From positions 155,248,001 to 155,312,000 of the forward strand of contig NC_135801.1 in the NCBI RefSeq assembly GCF_964213995.1: 64,000 bases of DNA, given 5' to 3'. Positions 62,927 through 64,000 of the stretch are shown piece by piece (position 1 is the first letter of the stretch; every line of letters begins with the position of its first letter). The translations under genes were made by a program, and so were the position numbers. The notes under the pieces were generated by a model. The model worked only from the letters and a program-made list of their open reading frames with translations, was not told the origin of the DNA and searched no databases. The stretch is from Mustelus asterias (taxonomy: Eukaryota).

Positions 62927-63429
62927 AAGGTGTCAGGTTCTGACTGAAAACTAGCATGTTTCTCCCCAGAGAGACAGGCACGTTTTCTCCCCAGATCTTG
63001 TGACACTTTGCCACCTTAAAGCAGGGGGAAGATTTGCACTGTCATTGTGAGGGGCGGGGACTAATGCTGCCAGCAAAGCCCGCTCCACAGAGATTGGGAT
63101 GCCATTTTTAGAAGTTGGCAGTGCTCTGCCATGCCCCTGACCACCTGGGGGCTACACTGGCCTCCATGCCCCCGGCGTGGTCATCTCAACTGCTCGAGAG
63201 CAGTAGTGATTCCCATCGGTGTGACATCGGTGGCAGGGGGGGTGGGGGAGTGGAAGAAACCTCTGATGTGCCCAGAAGATACAACGAGCATGAACCTGAT
63301 TATGTCACCAGTGGTTGGTGGGGAAGGTCAGATTCTGAGATCTTCCTGGCACAAATTCCATAATGGCCCTCTCGCAAGAGTTAGCGGCCATAATGGGATT
63401 TGCACCCACCGCGAATGGGCCAGAAAGAT

Positions 63430-63900
63430 CACTGCCAAGGTGTTTAAGAAAGCATATGGAATACATTCCTGTGGCAGCTGAAGAATAAGTTATAAGAGCA
63501 GGAATGTCATGCCTAAAGGTTCCAGCTAGAGTACTGTGTATACTCAACCCATTATAGGAAGGCTGTGATTGCACTTGAGAGGATACAAAGGAGATTTACA
63601 AGGATGTAACCAGAAATAGAGAATTTTAGCTTTGATTTGATAAGCTGGGTTGGCTCTCTTTGAAACAAAGGTTTCAATGAGATTATGTCGGACCTGAAAT
63701 GAGCGAATGATTTCTCTGAGCAGAGTGGTCAGTGACAAGGGTTCATTGATTTAAAATAATTGGTAGAGGATTAAAGGGGAGTTTTGGAGAATAATTTTCA
63801 CCTGGAGAATTGTGGGGTCGGGAATTCGCTTCCTGAAGTCATCAGTCTAGTTAAAAAGTACTTCTACATGCACTTGAAGTGCCACAATGTACATTTGACC
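63430..63900 (+). mobile_element. Degenerate CR1 ORF2 3' part
   Basis: KVFKKAYG, YRKAVIALERIQRRFTRM. Confidence 0.7.
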
Positions 63901-64000
63901 TTTACAGAAGATACGGCTGGGCATGAACCCAGTTACGTCGCCAGCGGGTGGTGGAGAAGATCTCATTCTGAGATCTCCCTGGTGCAAGTCAGACCAAGAG

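Overview
Vertebrate (cartilaginous-fish, probably shark) non-coding DNA, most likely a large intron or gene desert. The taxon is inferred from abundant HE1-type tRNA-derived SINEs and HER1/CR1 LINE fragments. I found no recognisable host protein-coding gene, rRNA, intact tRNA or CRISPR array; nearly all long ORFs in the track are retroelement debris. Repeat content: many 5'-truncated CR1 LINEs, a second CR1-group LINE with a partner SINE, Rex1/Babar tails, and PIF/Harbinger-type non-autonomous elements with 3-bp target duplications (TSDs). There is also one decayed Gmr1-like Gypsy LTR element and Penelope-derived foldback elements, one carrying a minimal hammerhead-ribozyme core. The most unusual signal is three short elements headed by the 5' end of U2 snRNA, two of which carry a hairpin module with compensatory changes. 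A few weak candidate exons are flagged. Repeat boundaries were read by eye and are approximate (about +/-10-30 bp) unless a TSD is quoted.
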